Below are positions 36,492-51,400 of a DNA stretch of 64,000 nucleotides, in pieces. The stretch lies in NCBI GenBank assembly GCA_964016885.1, contig OZ024748.1:41974001-42038000 (forward strand). Reading direction: 5' to 3'. Origin of the DNA: Eledone cirrhosa. Its lineage: Eukaryota. The notes under the pieces are model-generated. The model saw nothing but the letters and a program-made list of their open reading frames with translations, ran no database searches and was not told the DNA's origin. Each line of letters begins with the position of its first letter. Within the stretch, counting starts at the first letter, position 1. Made by a program: the position numbers and the translations under genes.

Positions 36492-39400
36492 TGGGATGGT
36501 GGGATATAGTCACATATTGTTGGTACTAGGATGGTGGGATATAGTCACATATTGGTACTGGGATGGTGGGATATAGTCACATATTGTTGGTACTGGGATG
36601 GTGGGATATAGTCACATATTGGTACTGGGATGGTGGGATATAGTCACATATTGTTGGTACTGGGATGGTGGGATATAGTCACATGTTGGTACTGGGATGG
36701 TGGGATATAGTCACATATTGGTACTGGGATGGTGGGATATAGTCACATATTGTTGGTACTGGGATGGTGGGATATAGTCACATGTTGGTACTGGGATGGT
36801 GGGATATAGTCACATATTGTTGGTGGGATGGTGGGATATAGTCACATATTGGTACTGGGATGGTGGGATATAGTCACATATTGGTACTGGGATGGTGGGA
36901 TATAGTCACATATTGGTACTGGGATGGTGGGATATAGTCACATATTGGTACTGGGATGGTGGGATATAGTCACATATTGGTACTGGGATGGTGGGATATA
37001 GTCACATATTGTTGGTACTGGGATGGTGGGATATAGTCACATATTGTTGGTACTGGGATGGTGGGATATAGTCACATATTGGTACTGGGATGGTGGGTTA
37101 TAGTCACATATTGTTGGTACTGGGATGGTGGGATATAGTCACATATTAGTACTGGGATGGTGGGATATAGTCACATATTGGTACTGGGATGGTGGGATAT
37201 AGTCACATATTGGTACTGGGATGGTGGGATATAGTCACATATTGTTGGTGGGATGGTGGGATATAGTCACATATTGGTACTGGGATGGTGGGATATAGTC
37301 ACATGTTGGTACTGGGAGGGTGGGATATAGTCACATATTGGTACTGGGATGGTGGGATATAGTCACATATTGGTACTGGGATGGTGGGATATAGTCACAT
37401 ATTGTTGGTACTGGGATGGTGGGATATAGTCACATGTTGGTACTGGGATGGTGGGATATAGTCACATATTGGTACTGGGATGGTGGGATATAGTCACATA
37501 TTGTTGGTACTGGGATGGTGGGATATAGTCACATATTGTTGGTACTGGGATGGTGGGATATAGTCACATATTGGTACTGGGATGGTGGGATATAGTCACA
37601 TATTGGTACTGGGATGGTGGGATATAGTCACATATTGGTACTGGGATGGTGGGATATAGTCACATATTGGGACTGGGATGGTGGGATATAGTCACATGTT
37701 GGTACTGGGATGGTGGGATATAGTCACATATTAGTACTGGGATGGTGGGATATAGTCACATATTGTTGGTGGGATGGTGGGATATAGTCACATATTGGTA
37801 CTGGGATGGTGGGATATAGTTACATATTGTTGGTAATGGGATGGTGGGATATAGTCACATATTGTTGGTACTGGGATGGTGGGATATAGTCACATGTTGG
37901 TACTGGGATGGTGGGATATAGTCACATATTGGTACTGGGATGGTGGGATATAGTCACATATTAGTACTGGGATGGTGGGATATAGTCACATATTGGTACT
38001 GGGATGGTGGGATATAGTCACATATTGTTGGTAATGGGATGGTGGGATATAGTCACATATTGTTGGTACTGGGATGGTGGGATATAGTCACATGTTGGTA
38101 CTGGGATGGTGGGATATAGTCACATATTGGTACTGGGATGGTGGGATATAGTCACATATTGGTACTGGGATGGTGAGATATAGTCACATATTGGTACTGG
38201 GATGGTGGGATACAGTCACATATTGGTACTGGGATGGTGGGATATAGTCACATATTATTGGTACTGGGATGGTGGGATATAGTCACATATTGGTACTGGG
38301 ATGGTGGGTTATAGTCACATATTGGTACTGGGATGGTGGGATATAGTCACATATTGTTGGTACTGGGATGGTGGGATATAGTCACATGTTAATACTGGGA
38401 TGGTGGGATATAGTCACATATTAGTACTGGGATGGTGGGATATAGTCACACATTGTTGGTACTGGGATGGTGGGATATAGTCACATATTGTTGGTGGGAT
38501 ATAGTCACATATTGGTACTGGGATGGTGGGATATAGTCACATATTGTTGGTGGGATATAGTCACATATTGGTACTGGGATGGTGGGATATAGTCACATAT
38601 TGGTACTGGGATGGTGGGATATAGTCACATATTGGTACTGGGATGGTGGGATATAGTCACATATTGGTACTGGGATGGTGGGATATAGTCACATATTAGT
38701 ACTGGGATGGTGGGATATAGTCACATATTGGTACTGGGATGGTGGGATATAGTCACATATTAGTACTGGGATGGTGGGATATAGTCACATATTGGTACTG
38801 GGATGGTGGGATATAGTCACATATTGTTGGTGGGATATAGTCACATATTGGTACTGGGATGGTGGGATATAGTCACATGTTGGTACTGGGATGGTGGGAT
38901 ATAGTCACATATTGGTACTGGGATGGTGGGATATAGTCACATATTGGTACTGGGATGGTGGGATATAGTCACATATTGGTACTGGGATGGTGGGATATAG
39001 TCACATATTGGTACTGGGATGGTGGGATATAGTCACATATTAGTACTGGGATGGTGGGATATAATCACATATTGGTACTGGGATGGTGGGATATAGTCAC
39101 ATATTAGTACTGGGATGGTGGGATATAGTCACATATTGGTACTGGGATGGTGGGATATAGTCACATATTGGTACTGGGATGGTGGGATATAGTCACATAT
39201 TGGTACTGGGATGGTGGGATATAGTCACATATTGTTGGTACTGGGATGGTGGGATATAGTCACATATTAGTACTGGGATGGTGGGATATAGACACATATT
39301 GGTACTGGGATGGTGGGATATAGTCACATGTTGTTGGTACTGGGATGGTGGGATATAGTCACATATTAGTACTGGGATGGTGGGATATAGTCACATATTG

Positions 39401-42400
39401 TTGGTGGGATGGTGGGATATAGTCACATATTGTTGGTGGGTGGTGGGATATAGTCACATATTGGTACTGGGATGGTGGGATATAGTCACATATTGGTACT
39501 GGGATGGTGGGATATAGTCACATATTGTTGGTACTGGGATGGTGGGATATAGTCACATATTAGTACTGGGATGGTGGGATATAGACACATATTGGTACTG
39601 GGATGGTGGGATATAGTCACATGTTGTTGGTACTGGGATGGTGGGATATAGTCACATATTAGTACTGGGATGGTGGGATATAGTCACATATTGTTGGTGG
39701 GATGGTGGGATATAGTCACATATTGTTGGTGGGTGGTGGGATATAGTCACATATTGGTACTGGGATGGTGGGATATAGTCACATATTGTTGGTACTGGGA
39801 TGGTGGGATATAGTCACATATTAATACTGGGATGGTGGGATATAGTCACATATTGGTACTGGGATGGTGGGATATAGTCACATATTGTTGGTACTGGGAT
39901 GGTGGGATATAGTCACATATTGTTGGTACTGGGATGGTGGGATATAGTCACATATTGGTACTGGGATGGTGGGATATAGTCACATATTAGTACTGGGATG
40001 GTGGGATATAGTCACATATTGGTACTGGGATGGTGGGATATAGTCACATATTGGTACTGGGATGGTGGGATATAGTCACATATTGTTGGTGGGATGGTGG
40101 GATATAGTCACATATTGGTACTGGGATGGTGGGATATAGTCACATATTGGTACTGGGATGGTGGGATATAGTCACATATTGGTACTGGGATGGTGGGATA
40201 TAGTCACATATTGTTGGTACTGGGATGGTGGGATATAGTCACATATTGTTGGTACTGGGATGGTGGGATATAGTCACATATTGGTACTGGGATGGTGGGA
40301 TATAGTCACATATTAGTACTGGGATGGTTGGATATAGTCACATATTGGTACTGGGATGGTGGGATATAGTCACATATTGGTACTGGGATGGTGGGATATA
40401 GTCACATATTGGTACTGGGATGGTGGGATATAGTCACATATTGTTGGTACTGGGATGGTGGGATATAGTCACATATTGTTGGTACTGGGATGGTGGGATA
40501 TAGTCACATATTGGTACTGGGATGGTGGGATATAGTCACATATTAGTACTGGGATGGTGGGATATAGTCACATATTGGTACTGGGATGGTGGGATATAGT
40601 CACATATTGGTACTGGGATGGTGGGATATAGTCACATATTGTTGGTACTGGGATGGTGGGATATAGTCACATATTGGTACTGGGATGGTGGGATATAGTC
40701 ACATATTAGTACTGGGATGGTGGGATATAGTCACACATTGTTGGTACTGGGATGGTGGGATATAGTCACATATTAGTACTGGGATGGTGGGATATAGTCA
40801 CATATTAGTACTGGGATGGTGGGATATAGTCACACATTGTTACTGGGATGGTGGGATATAGTCACATATTAGTACTGGGATGGTGGGATATAGTCACATA
40901 TTGGTACTGGGATGGTGGGATATAGTCACATATTGGTACTGGGATGGTGGGATATAGTCACATGTTGGTACTGGGATGGTGGGATATAGTCACATATTAG
41001 TACTGGGATGGTGGGATATAGTCACATATTGTTGGTGGGATGGTGGGATATAGTCACATATTGTTGGTGGGATATAGTCACATATTGTTGGTACTGGGAT
41101 GGTGGGATATAGTCATATGTTGGTACTGGGATGGTGGGATATAGTCACATATTGGTACTGGGATGGTGGGATATAGTCACATATTGTTGGTACTGGGATG
41201 GTGGGATATAGTCACATGTTGGTACTGGGATGGTGGGATATAGTCACATGTTGGTACTGGGATGGTGGGATATAGTCACATGTTGGTACTGGGATGGTGG
41301 GATATAGTCACATGTTGGTACTGGGATGGTGGGATATAGTCACATATTGGTACTGGGATGGTGGGATATAGTCACATATTGGTACTGGGATGGTGGGATA
41401 TAGTCACATATTGGTACTGGGATGGTGGGATATAGTCACATATTGTTGCTGGGATGGTGGGATATAGTCACATATTGGTACTGGGATGGTGGGATATAGT
41501 CACATGTTGGTACTGGGATGGTGGGATATAGTCACATATTTGTACTGGGATGGTGGGATATAGTCACATATTGTTGGTGGGATGGTGGGATATAGTCACA
41601 TATTAGTACTGGGATGGTGGGATATAGTCACATATTGGTACTGGGATGGTGGGATATAGTCACATATTGGTACTGGGATGGTGGGATATAGTCACATATT
41701 GGTACTGGGATGTTGGGATATAGTCACATGTTGTTGGTACTGGGATGGTGGGATATAGTCACATATTGGTACTGCGATGGTGGGATATAGTCACATATTG
41801 GTACTGGGATGGTGGGATATAGTCACATATTAGTTCTGGGATGGTGGGATATAGTCACATATTGGTACTGGGATGGTGGGATATAGTCACATGTTGTTAC
41901 TGGGATGGTGGGATATAGTCACATATTAGTACTGGGATGGTGGGATATAGTCACATATTGTTGGTGGGATGGTGGGATATAGTCACATATTGTTGGTGGG
42001 TGGTGGGATATAGTCACATATTGGTACTGGGATGGTGGGATATAGTCACATATTGGTACTGGGATGGTGGGATATAGTCACATATTGTTGGTACTGGGAT
42101 GGTGGGATATAGTCACATATTAGTACTGGGATGGTGGGATATAGACACATATTGGTACTGGGATGGTGGGATATAGTCACATGTTGTTGGTACTGGGATG
42201 GTGGGATATAGTCACATATTAGTACTGGGATGGTGGGATATAGTCACATATTGTTGGTGGGATGGTGGGATATAGTCACATATTGTTGGTGGGTGGTGGG
42301 ATATAGTCACATATTGGTACTGGGATGGTGGGATATAGTCACATATTGTTGGTACTGGGATGGTGGGATATAGTCACATATTAATACTGGGATGGTGGGA

Positions 42401-45400
42401 TATAGTCACATATTGGTACTGGGATGGTGGGATATAGTCACATATTGTTGGTACTGGGATGGTGGGATATAGTCACATATTGTTGGTACTGGGATGGTGG
42501 GATATAGTCACATATTGGTACTGGGATGGTGGGATATAGTCACATATTAGTACTGGGATGGTGGGATATAGTCACATATTGGTACTGGGATGGTGGGATA
42601 TAGTCACATATTGGTACTGGGATGGTGGGATATAGTCACATATTGTTGGTGGGATGGTGGGATATAGTCACATATTAGTACTGGGATGGTGGGATATAGT
42701 CACATATTGGTACTGGGATGGTGGGATATAGTCACATATTGGTACTGGGATGGTGGGATATAGTCACATATTGGTACTGGGATGGTGGGATATAGTCACA
42801 TATTGTTGGTACTGGGATGGTGGGATATAGTCACATATTGTTGGTACTGGGATGGTGGGATATAGTCACATATTGGTACTGGGATGGTGGGATATAGTCA
42901 CATATTAGTACTGGGATGGTGGGATATAGTCACATATTGGTACTGGGATGGTGGGATATAGTCACATATTGGTACTGGGATGGTGGGATATAGTCACATA
43001 TTGGTACTGGGATGGTGGGATATAGTCACATATTGTTGGTACTGGGATGGTGGGATATAGTCACATATTGTTGGTACTGGGATGGTGGGATATAGTCACA
43101 TATTGGTACTGGGATGGTGGGATATAGTCACATATTAGTACTGGGATGGTGGGATATAGTCACATATTGGTACTGGGATGGTGGGATATAGTCACATATT
43201 GGTACTGGGATGGTGGGATATAGTCACATATTGTTGGTACTGGGATGGTGGGATATAGTCACATATTGGTACTGGGATGGTGGGATATAGTCACATATTA
43301 GTACTGGGATGGTGGGATATAGTCACACATTGTTGGTACTGGGATGGTGGGATATAGTCACATATTAGTACTGGGATGGTGGGATATAGTCACATATTAG
43401 TACTGGGATGGTGGGATATAGTCACACATTGTTACTGGGATGGTGGGATATAGTCACATATTAGTACTGGGATGGTGGGATATAGTCACATATTGGTACT
43501 GGGATGGTGGGATATAGTCACATATTGGTACTGGGATGGTGGGATATAGTCACATGTTGGTACTGGGATGGTGGGATATAGTCACATATTAGTACTGGGA
43601 TGGTGGGATATAGTCACATATTGTTGGTGGGATGGTGGGATATAGTCACATATTGTTGGTGGGATATAGTCACATATTGTTGGTACTGGGATGGTGGGAT
43701 ATAGTCATATGTTGGTACTGGGATGGTGGGATATAGTCACATATTGGTACTGGGATGGTGGGATATAGTCACATATTGTTGGTACTGGGATGGTGGGATA
43801 TAGTCACATGTTGGTACTGGGATGGTGGGATATAGTCACATGTTGGTACTGGGATGGTGGGATATAGTCACATGTTGGTACTGGGATGGTGGGATATAGT
43901 CACATGTTGGTACTGGGATGGTGGGATATAGTCACATATTGGTACTGGGATGGTGGGATATAGTCACATATTGGTACTGGGATGGTGGGATATAGTCACA
44001 TATTGGTACTGGGATGGTGGGATATAGTCACATATTGTTGGTGGGATGGTGGGATATAGTCACATATTGGTACTGGGATGGTGGGATATAGTCACATGTT
44101 GGTACTGGGATGGTGGGATATAGTCACATATTTGTACTGGGATGGTGGGATATAGTCACATATTGTTGGTGGGATGGTGGGATATAGTCACATATTAGTA
44201 CTGGGATGGTGGGATATAGTCACATATTGGTACTGGGATGGTGGGATATAGTCACATATTGGTACTGGGATGGTGGGATATAGTCACATATTGGTACTGG
44301 GATGGTGGGATATAGTCACATATTGGTACTGGGATGTTGGGATATAGTCACATGTTGTTGGTACTGGGATGGTGGGATATAGTCACATATTGGTACTGCG
44401 ATGGTGGGATATAGTCACATATTGGTACTGGGATGGTGGGATATAGTCACATATTAGTTCTGGGATGGTGGGATATAGTCACATATTGGTACTGGGATGG
44501 TGGGATATAGTCACATGTTGTTACTGGGATGGTGGGATATAGTCACATATTAGTACTGGGATGGTGGGATATAGTCACATATTGGTACTGGGATGGTGGG
44601 ATATAGTCACATATTGGTACTGGGATGGTGGGATATAGTCACATATTGGTACTGGGATGGTGGGATATAGTCACATATTAGTACTGGGATGGTGGGATAT
44701 AGTCACATATTGTTGGTGGGATGGTGGGATATAGTCACATATTGTTGGTACTGGGATGGTGGGATATAGTCACATGTTGGTACTGGGATGGTGGGATATA
44801 GTCACATGTTGGTACTGGGATGGTGGGATATAGTCACATGTTGGTACTGGGATGGTGGGATATAGTCACATGTTGGTACTGGGATGGTGGGATATAGTCA
44901 CATATAGTTGGTACTGGGATGGTGGGATATAGTCACATATTGGTACTGGGATGGTGGGATATAGTCACATGTTGGTACTGGGATGGTGGGATATAGTCAC
45001 ATGTTGGTACTGGGATGGTGGGATATAGTCACATATTGTTGGTACTGGGATGGTGGGATATAGTCACATGTTGGTACTGGGATGGTGGGATATAGTCACA
45101 TATTGGTACTGGGATGGTGGGATATAGTCACATATTGGTACTGGGATGGTGGGATATAGTCACATATTGTTGGTACTGGGATGGTGGGATATAGTCACAT
45201 ATTGGTACTGGGATGGTGGGATATAGTCACATATTGGTACTGGGATGGTGGGATATAGTCACATATTAGTACTGGGATGGTGGGATATAGTCACATATTA
45301 GTACTGGGATGGTGGGATATAGTCACATATTGTTGGTGGGATATAGTCTCATATTGGTACTGGGATGGTGGGATATAGTCACATATTGGTACTGGGATGG

Positions 45401-48400
45401 TGATATATAGTCACATATTGTTGGTACTGGGATGGTGGGATATAGTCACATATTGGTACTGGGATGGTGGGATATAGTCACATATTGGTACTGGGATGGT
45501 GGGATATAGTCACATATTAGTACTGGGATGGTGGGATATAGTCACATATTAGTACTGGGATGGTGGGATATAGTCACATATTAGTACTGGGATGGTGGGA
45601 TATAGTCACATATTGGTACTGGGATGGTGGGATATAGTCACATGTTGGTACTGGGAGGGTGGGATATAGTCACATATTGTTTGTACTGGGATGGTGGGAT
45701 ATAGTCACATATTGTTGGTGGGATGGTGGGATATAGTCACATGTTGGTACTGGGATGGTGGGATATAGTCACATGTTGGTACTGGGATGGTGGGATATAG
45801 TCACATATTGGTACTGGGATGGTGGGATATAGTCACATATTGGTACTGGGATGGTGGGATATAGTCACATATTGTTGGTACTGGGATGGTGGGATATAGT
45901 CACATATTGGTACTGGGATGGTGGGATATAGTCACATATTGGTACTGGGAGGGTGGGATATAGTCACATATTAGTACTGGGATGGTGGGATATAGTCACA
46001 TATTGGTACTGGGAGGGTGGGATATAGTCACATATTGGAACTGGGATGGTGGGATATAGTCACATGTTGGTACTGGGATGGTGGGATATAGTCACATATT
46101 GTTGGTACTGGGATGGTGGGATATAGTCACATATTGGTACTGGGATGGTGGGATATAGTCACATATTGGTACTGGGATGGTGGGATATAGTCACATATTA
46201 GTACTGGGATGGTGGGATATAGTCACATATTAGTACTGGGATGGTGGGATATAGTCACATATTAGTACTGGGATGGTGGGATATAGTCACATATTGGTAC
46301 TGGGATGGTGGGATATAGTCACATATTAGTACTGGGATGGTGGGATATAGTCACATGTTGGTACTGGGAGGGTGGGATATAGTCACATATTGTTGGTACT
46401 GGGATGGTGGGATATAGTCACATATTGTTGGTGGGATGGTGGGATATAGTCACATATTGTTGGTGGGATGGTGGGATATAGTCACATATTAGTACTGGGA
46501 TGGTGGGATATAGTCACATATTGGTACTGGGATGGTGGGATATAGTCACATATTGGTACTGGGATGGTGGGATATAGTCACATATTGTTGGTGGGATGGT
46601 GGGATATAGTCACATATTGTTGGTGTGATGGTGGGATATAGTCACATATTAGTACTGGGATGGTGGGATATAGTCACATATTGGTACTGGGATGGTGGGA
46701 TATAGTCACATATTGTTGGTACTGTGATGGTGGGATATAGTCACATATTGGTACTGGGATGGTGGGATATATTCACATATTGGTACTGGGATGGTGGGAT
46801 ATAGTCACATATTAGTACTGGGATGGTGGGATATAGTCACATATTGGTACTGGGATGGTGGGATATAGTCACATATTAGTACTGGGATGGTGGGATATAG
46901 TCACATATTGTTGGTACTGGGATGGTGGGATATAGTCACATATTGGTACTGGGATGGTGGGATATAGTCACATATTAGTACTGGGATGGTGGGATATAGT
47001 CACATATTGTTGGTACTGGGATGGTGGGATATAGTCACATATTGGTACTGGGATGGTGGGATATAGTCACATATTGTTGGTGGGATGGTGGGATATAGTC
47101 ACATATTGGTACTGGGATGGTGGGATATAGTCACATATTGGTACTGGGATGGTGGGATATAGTCACATATTTGTACTGGGATGGTGGGATATAGTCACAT
47201 ATTGTTGGTGGGATGGTGGGATATAGTCACATATTGGTACTGGGATGGTGGGATATAGTCACATATTGGTACTGGGATGGTGGGATATAGTCACATATTG
47301 GTACTGGGATGGTGGGATATAGTCACATATTGTTGGTACTGGGATGGTGGGATATAGTCACATATTGTTGGTACTGGGATGGTGGGATATAGTCACATGT
47401 TGGTACTGGGATGGTGGGATATAGTCACATATTGTTGGTACTGGGATGGTGGGATATAGTCACATATTAATACTGGGATGGTGGGATATAGTCACATATT
47501 GGTACTGGGATGGTGGGATATAGTCACATATTGTTGGTACTGGGATGGTGGGATATAGTCACATATTGTTGGTACTGGGATGGTGGGATATAGTCACATA
47601 TTGGTACTGGGATGGTGGGATATAGTCACATATTAGTACTGGGATGGTGGGATATAGTCACATATTGGTACTGGGATGGTGGGATATAGTCACATATTGG
47701 TACTGGGATGGTGGGATATAGTCACATATTGTTGGTGGGATGGTGGGATATAGTCACATATTAGTACTGGGATGGTGGGATATAGTCACATATTGGTACT
47801 GGGATGGTCGGATATAGTCACATATTGGTACTGGGATGGTGGGATATAGTCACATATTGGTACTGGGATGGTGGGATATAGTCACATATTGTTGGTACTG
47901 GGATGGTAGGATATAGTCACATATTGTTGGTACTGGGATGGTGGGATATAGTCACATATTGGTACTGGGATGGTGGGATATAGTCACATATTAGTACTGG
48001 GATGGTGGGATATAGTCACATATTGGTACTGGGATGGTGGGATATAGTCACATATTGGTACTGGGATGGTGGGATATAGTCACATATTGTTGGTGGGATG
48101 GTGGGATATAGTCACATATTGTTGGTACTGGGATGGTGGGATATAGTCACATATTGGTACTGGGATGGTGGGATATAGTCACATATTAGTACTGGGATGG
48201 TGGGATATAGTCACATATTGGTACTGGGATGGTGGGATATAGTCACATATTGGTACTGGGATGGTGGGATATAGTCACATATTGGTACTGGGATGGTGGG
48301 ATATAGTCACATATTGTTGGTACTGGGATGGTGGGATATAGTCACATATTGGTACTGGGATGGTGGGATATAGTCACATATTAGTACTGGGATGGTGGGA

Positions 48401-51400
48401 TATAGTCACACATTGTTGGTACTGGGATGGTGGGATATAGTCACATATTAGTACTGGGATGGTGGGATATAGTCACATATTAGTACTGGGATGGTGGGAT
48501 ATAGTCACACATTGTTGGTACTGGGATGGTGGGATATAGTCACATATTGGTACTGGGATGGTGGGATATAGTCACATATTGTTGGTACTGGGATGGTGGG
48601 ATATAGTCACATATTAGTACTGGGATGGTGGGATATAGTCACATATTAGTACTGGGATGGTGGGATATAGTCACACATTGTTGGTACTGGGATGGTGGGA
48701 TATAGTCACATATTGGTACTGGGATGGTGGGATATAGTCACATGTTGTTGGTACTGGGATGGTGCGATATAGTCACATATTGGTACTGCGATGGTGGGAT
48801 ATAGTCACATATTGGTACTGGGATGGTGGGATATAGTCACATATTAGTTCTGGGATGGTGGGATATAGTCACATATAGGTACTGGGATGGTGGGATATAG
48901 TCACATGTTGTTACTGGGATGGTGGGATATAGTCACATATTAGTACTGGGATGGTGGGATATAGTCACATATTGGTACTGGGATGGTGGGATATAGTCAC
49001 ATATTGGTACTGGGATGGTGGGATATAGTCACATGTTGGTACTGGGATGGTGGGATATAGTCACATATTAGTACTGGGATGGTGGGATATAGTCACATAT
49101 TGTTGGTGGGATGGTGGGATATAGTCACATATTGTTGGTGGGATATAGTCACATATTGTTGGTACTGGGATGGTGGGATATAGTCATATGTTGGTACTGG
49201 GATGGTGGGATATAGTCACATATTGGTACTGGGATGGTGGGATATAGTCACATATTGTTGGTACTGGGATGGTGGGATATAGTCACATATTAGTACTGGG
49301 ATGGTGGGATATAGTCACATATTAGTACTGGGATGGTGGGATATAGTCACACATTGTTGGTACTGGGATGGTGGGATATAGTCACATATTGGTACTGGGA
49401 TGGTGGGATATAGTCACATGTTGTTGGTACTGGGATGGTGCGATATAGTCACATATTGGTACTGCGATGGTGGGATATAGTCACATATTGGTACTGGGAT
49501 GGTGGGATATAGTCACATATTAGTTCTGGGATGGTGGGATATAGTCACATATAGGTACTGGGATGGTGGGATATAGTCACATGTTGTTACTGGGATGGTG
49601 GGATATAGTCACATATTAGTACTGGGATGGTGGGATATAGTCACATATTGGTACTGGGATGGTGGGATATAGTCACATATTGGTACTGGGATGGTGGGAT
49701 ATAGTCACATATTGTTGGTGGGATGGTGGGATATAGTCACATATTAGTACTGGGATGGTGGGATATAGTCACATATTGGTACTGGGATGGTGGGATATAG
49801 TCACATATTGGTACTGGGATGGTGGGATATAGTCACATATTGGTACTGGGATGGTGGGATATAGTCACATATTGTTGGTACTGGGATGGTGGGATATAGT
49901 CACATATTGTTGGTACTGGGATGGTGGGATATAGTCACATATTGGTACTGGGATGGTGGGATATAGTCACATATTAGTACTGGGATGGTGGGATATAGTC
50001 ACATATTGGTACTGGGATGGTGGGATATAGTCACATATTGGTACTGGGATGGTGGGATATAGTCACATATTGGTACTGGGATGGTGGGATATAGTCACAT
50101 ATTGTTGGTACTGGGATGGTGGGATATAGTCACATATTGTTGGTACTGGGATGGTGGGATATAGTCACATATTGGTACTGGGATGGTGGGATATAGTCAC
50201 ATATTAGTACTGGGATGGTGGGATATAGTCACATATTGGTACTGGGATGGTGGGATATAGTCACATATTGGTACTGGGATGGTGGGATATAGTCACATAT
50301 TGTTGGTACTGGGATGGTGGGATATAGTCACATATTGGTACTGGGATGGTGGGATATAGTCACATATTAGTACTGGGATGGTGGGATATAGTCACACATT
50401 GTTGGTACTGGGATGGTGGGATATAGTCACATATTAGTACTGGGATGGTGGGATATAGTCACATATTAGTACTGGGATGGTGGGATATAGTCACACATTG
50501 TTACTGGGATGGTGGGATATAGTCACATATTAGTACTGGGATGGTGGGATATAGTCACATATTGGTACTGGGATGGTGGGATATAGTCACATATTGGTAC
50601 TGGGATGGTGGGATATAGTCACATGTTGGTACTGGGATGGTGGGATATAGTCACATATTAGTACTGGGATGGTGGGATATAGTCACATATTGTTGGTGGG
50701 ATGGTGGGATATAGTCACATATTGTTGGTGGGATATAGTCACATATTGTTGGTACTGGGATGGTGGGATATAGTCATATGTTGGTACTGGGATGGTGGGA
50801 TATAGTCACATATTGGTACTGGGATGGTGGGATATAGTCACATATTGTTGGTACTGGGATGGTGGGATATAGTCACATGTTGGTACTGGGATGGTGGGAT
50901 ATAGTCACATGTTGGTACTGGGATGGTGGGATATAGTCACATGTTGGTACTGGGATGGTGGGATATAGTCACATGTTGGTACTGGGATGGTGGGATATAG
51001 TCACATATTGGTACTGGGATGGTGGGATATAGTCACATATTGGTACTGGGATGGTGGGATATAGTCACATATTGGTACTGGGATGGTGGGATATAGTCAC
51101 ATATTGTTGGTGGGATGGTGGGATATAGTCACATATTGGTACTGGGATGGTGGGATATAGTCACATGTTGGTACTGGGATGGTGGGATATAGTCACATAT
51201 TTGTACTGGGATGGTGGGATATAGTCACATATTGTTGGTGGGATGGTGGGATATAGTCACATATTAGTACTGGGATGGTGGGATATAGTCACATATTGGT
51301 ACTGGGATGGTGGGATATAGTCACATATTGGTACTGGGATGGTGGGATATAGTCACATATTGGTACTGGGATGGTGGGATATAGTCACATATTGGTACTG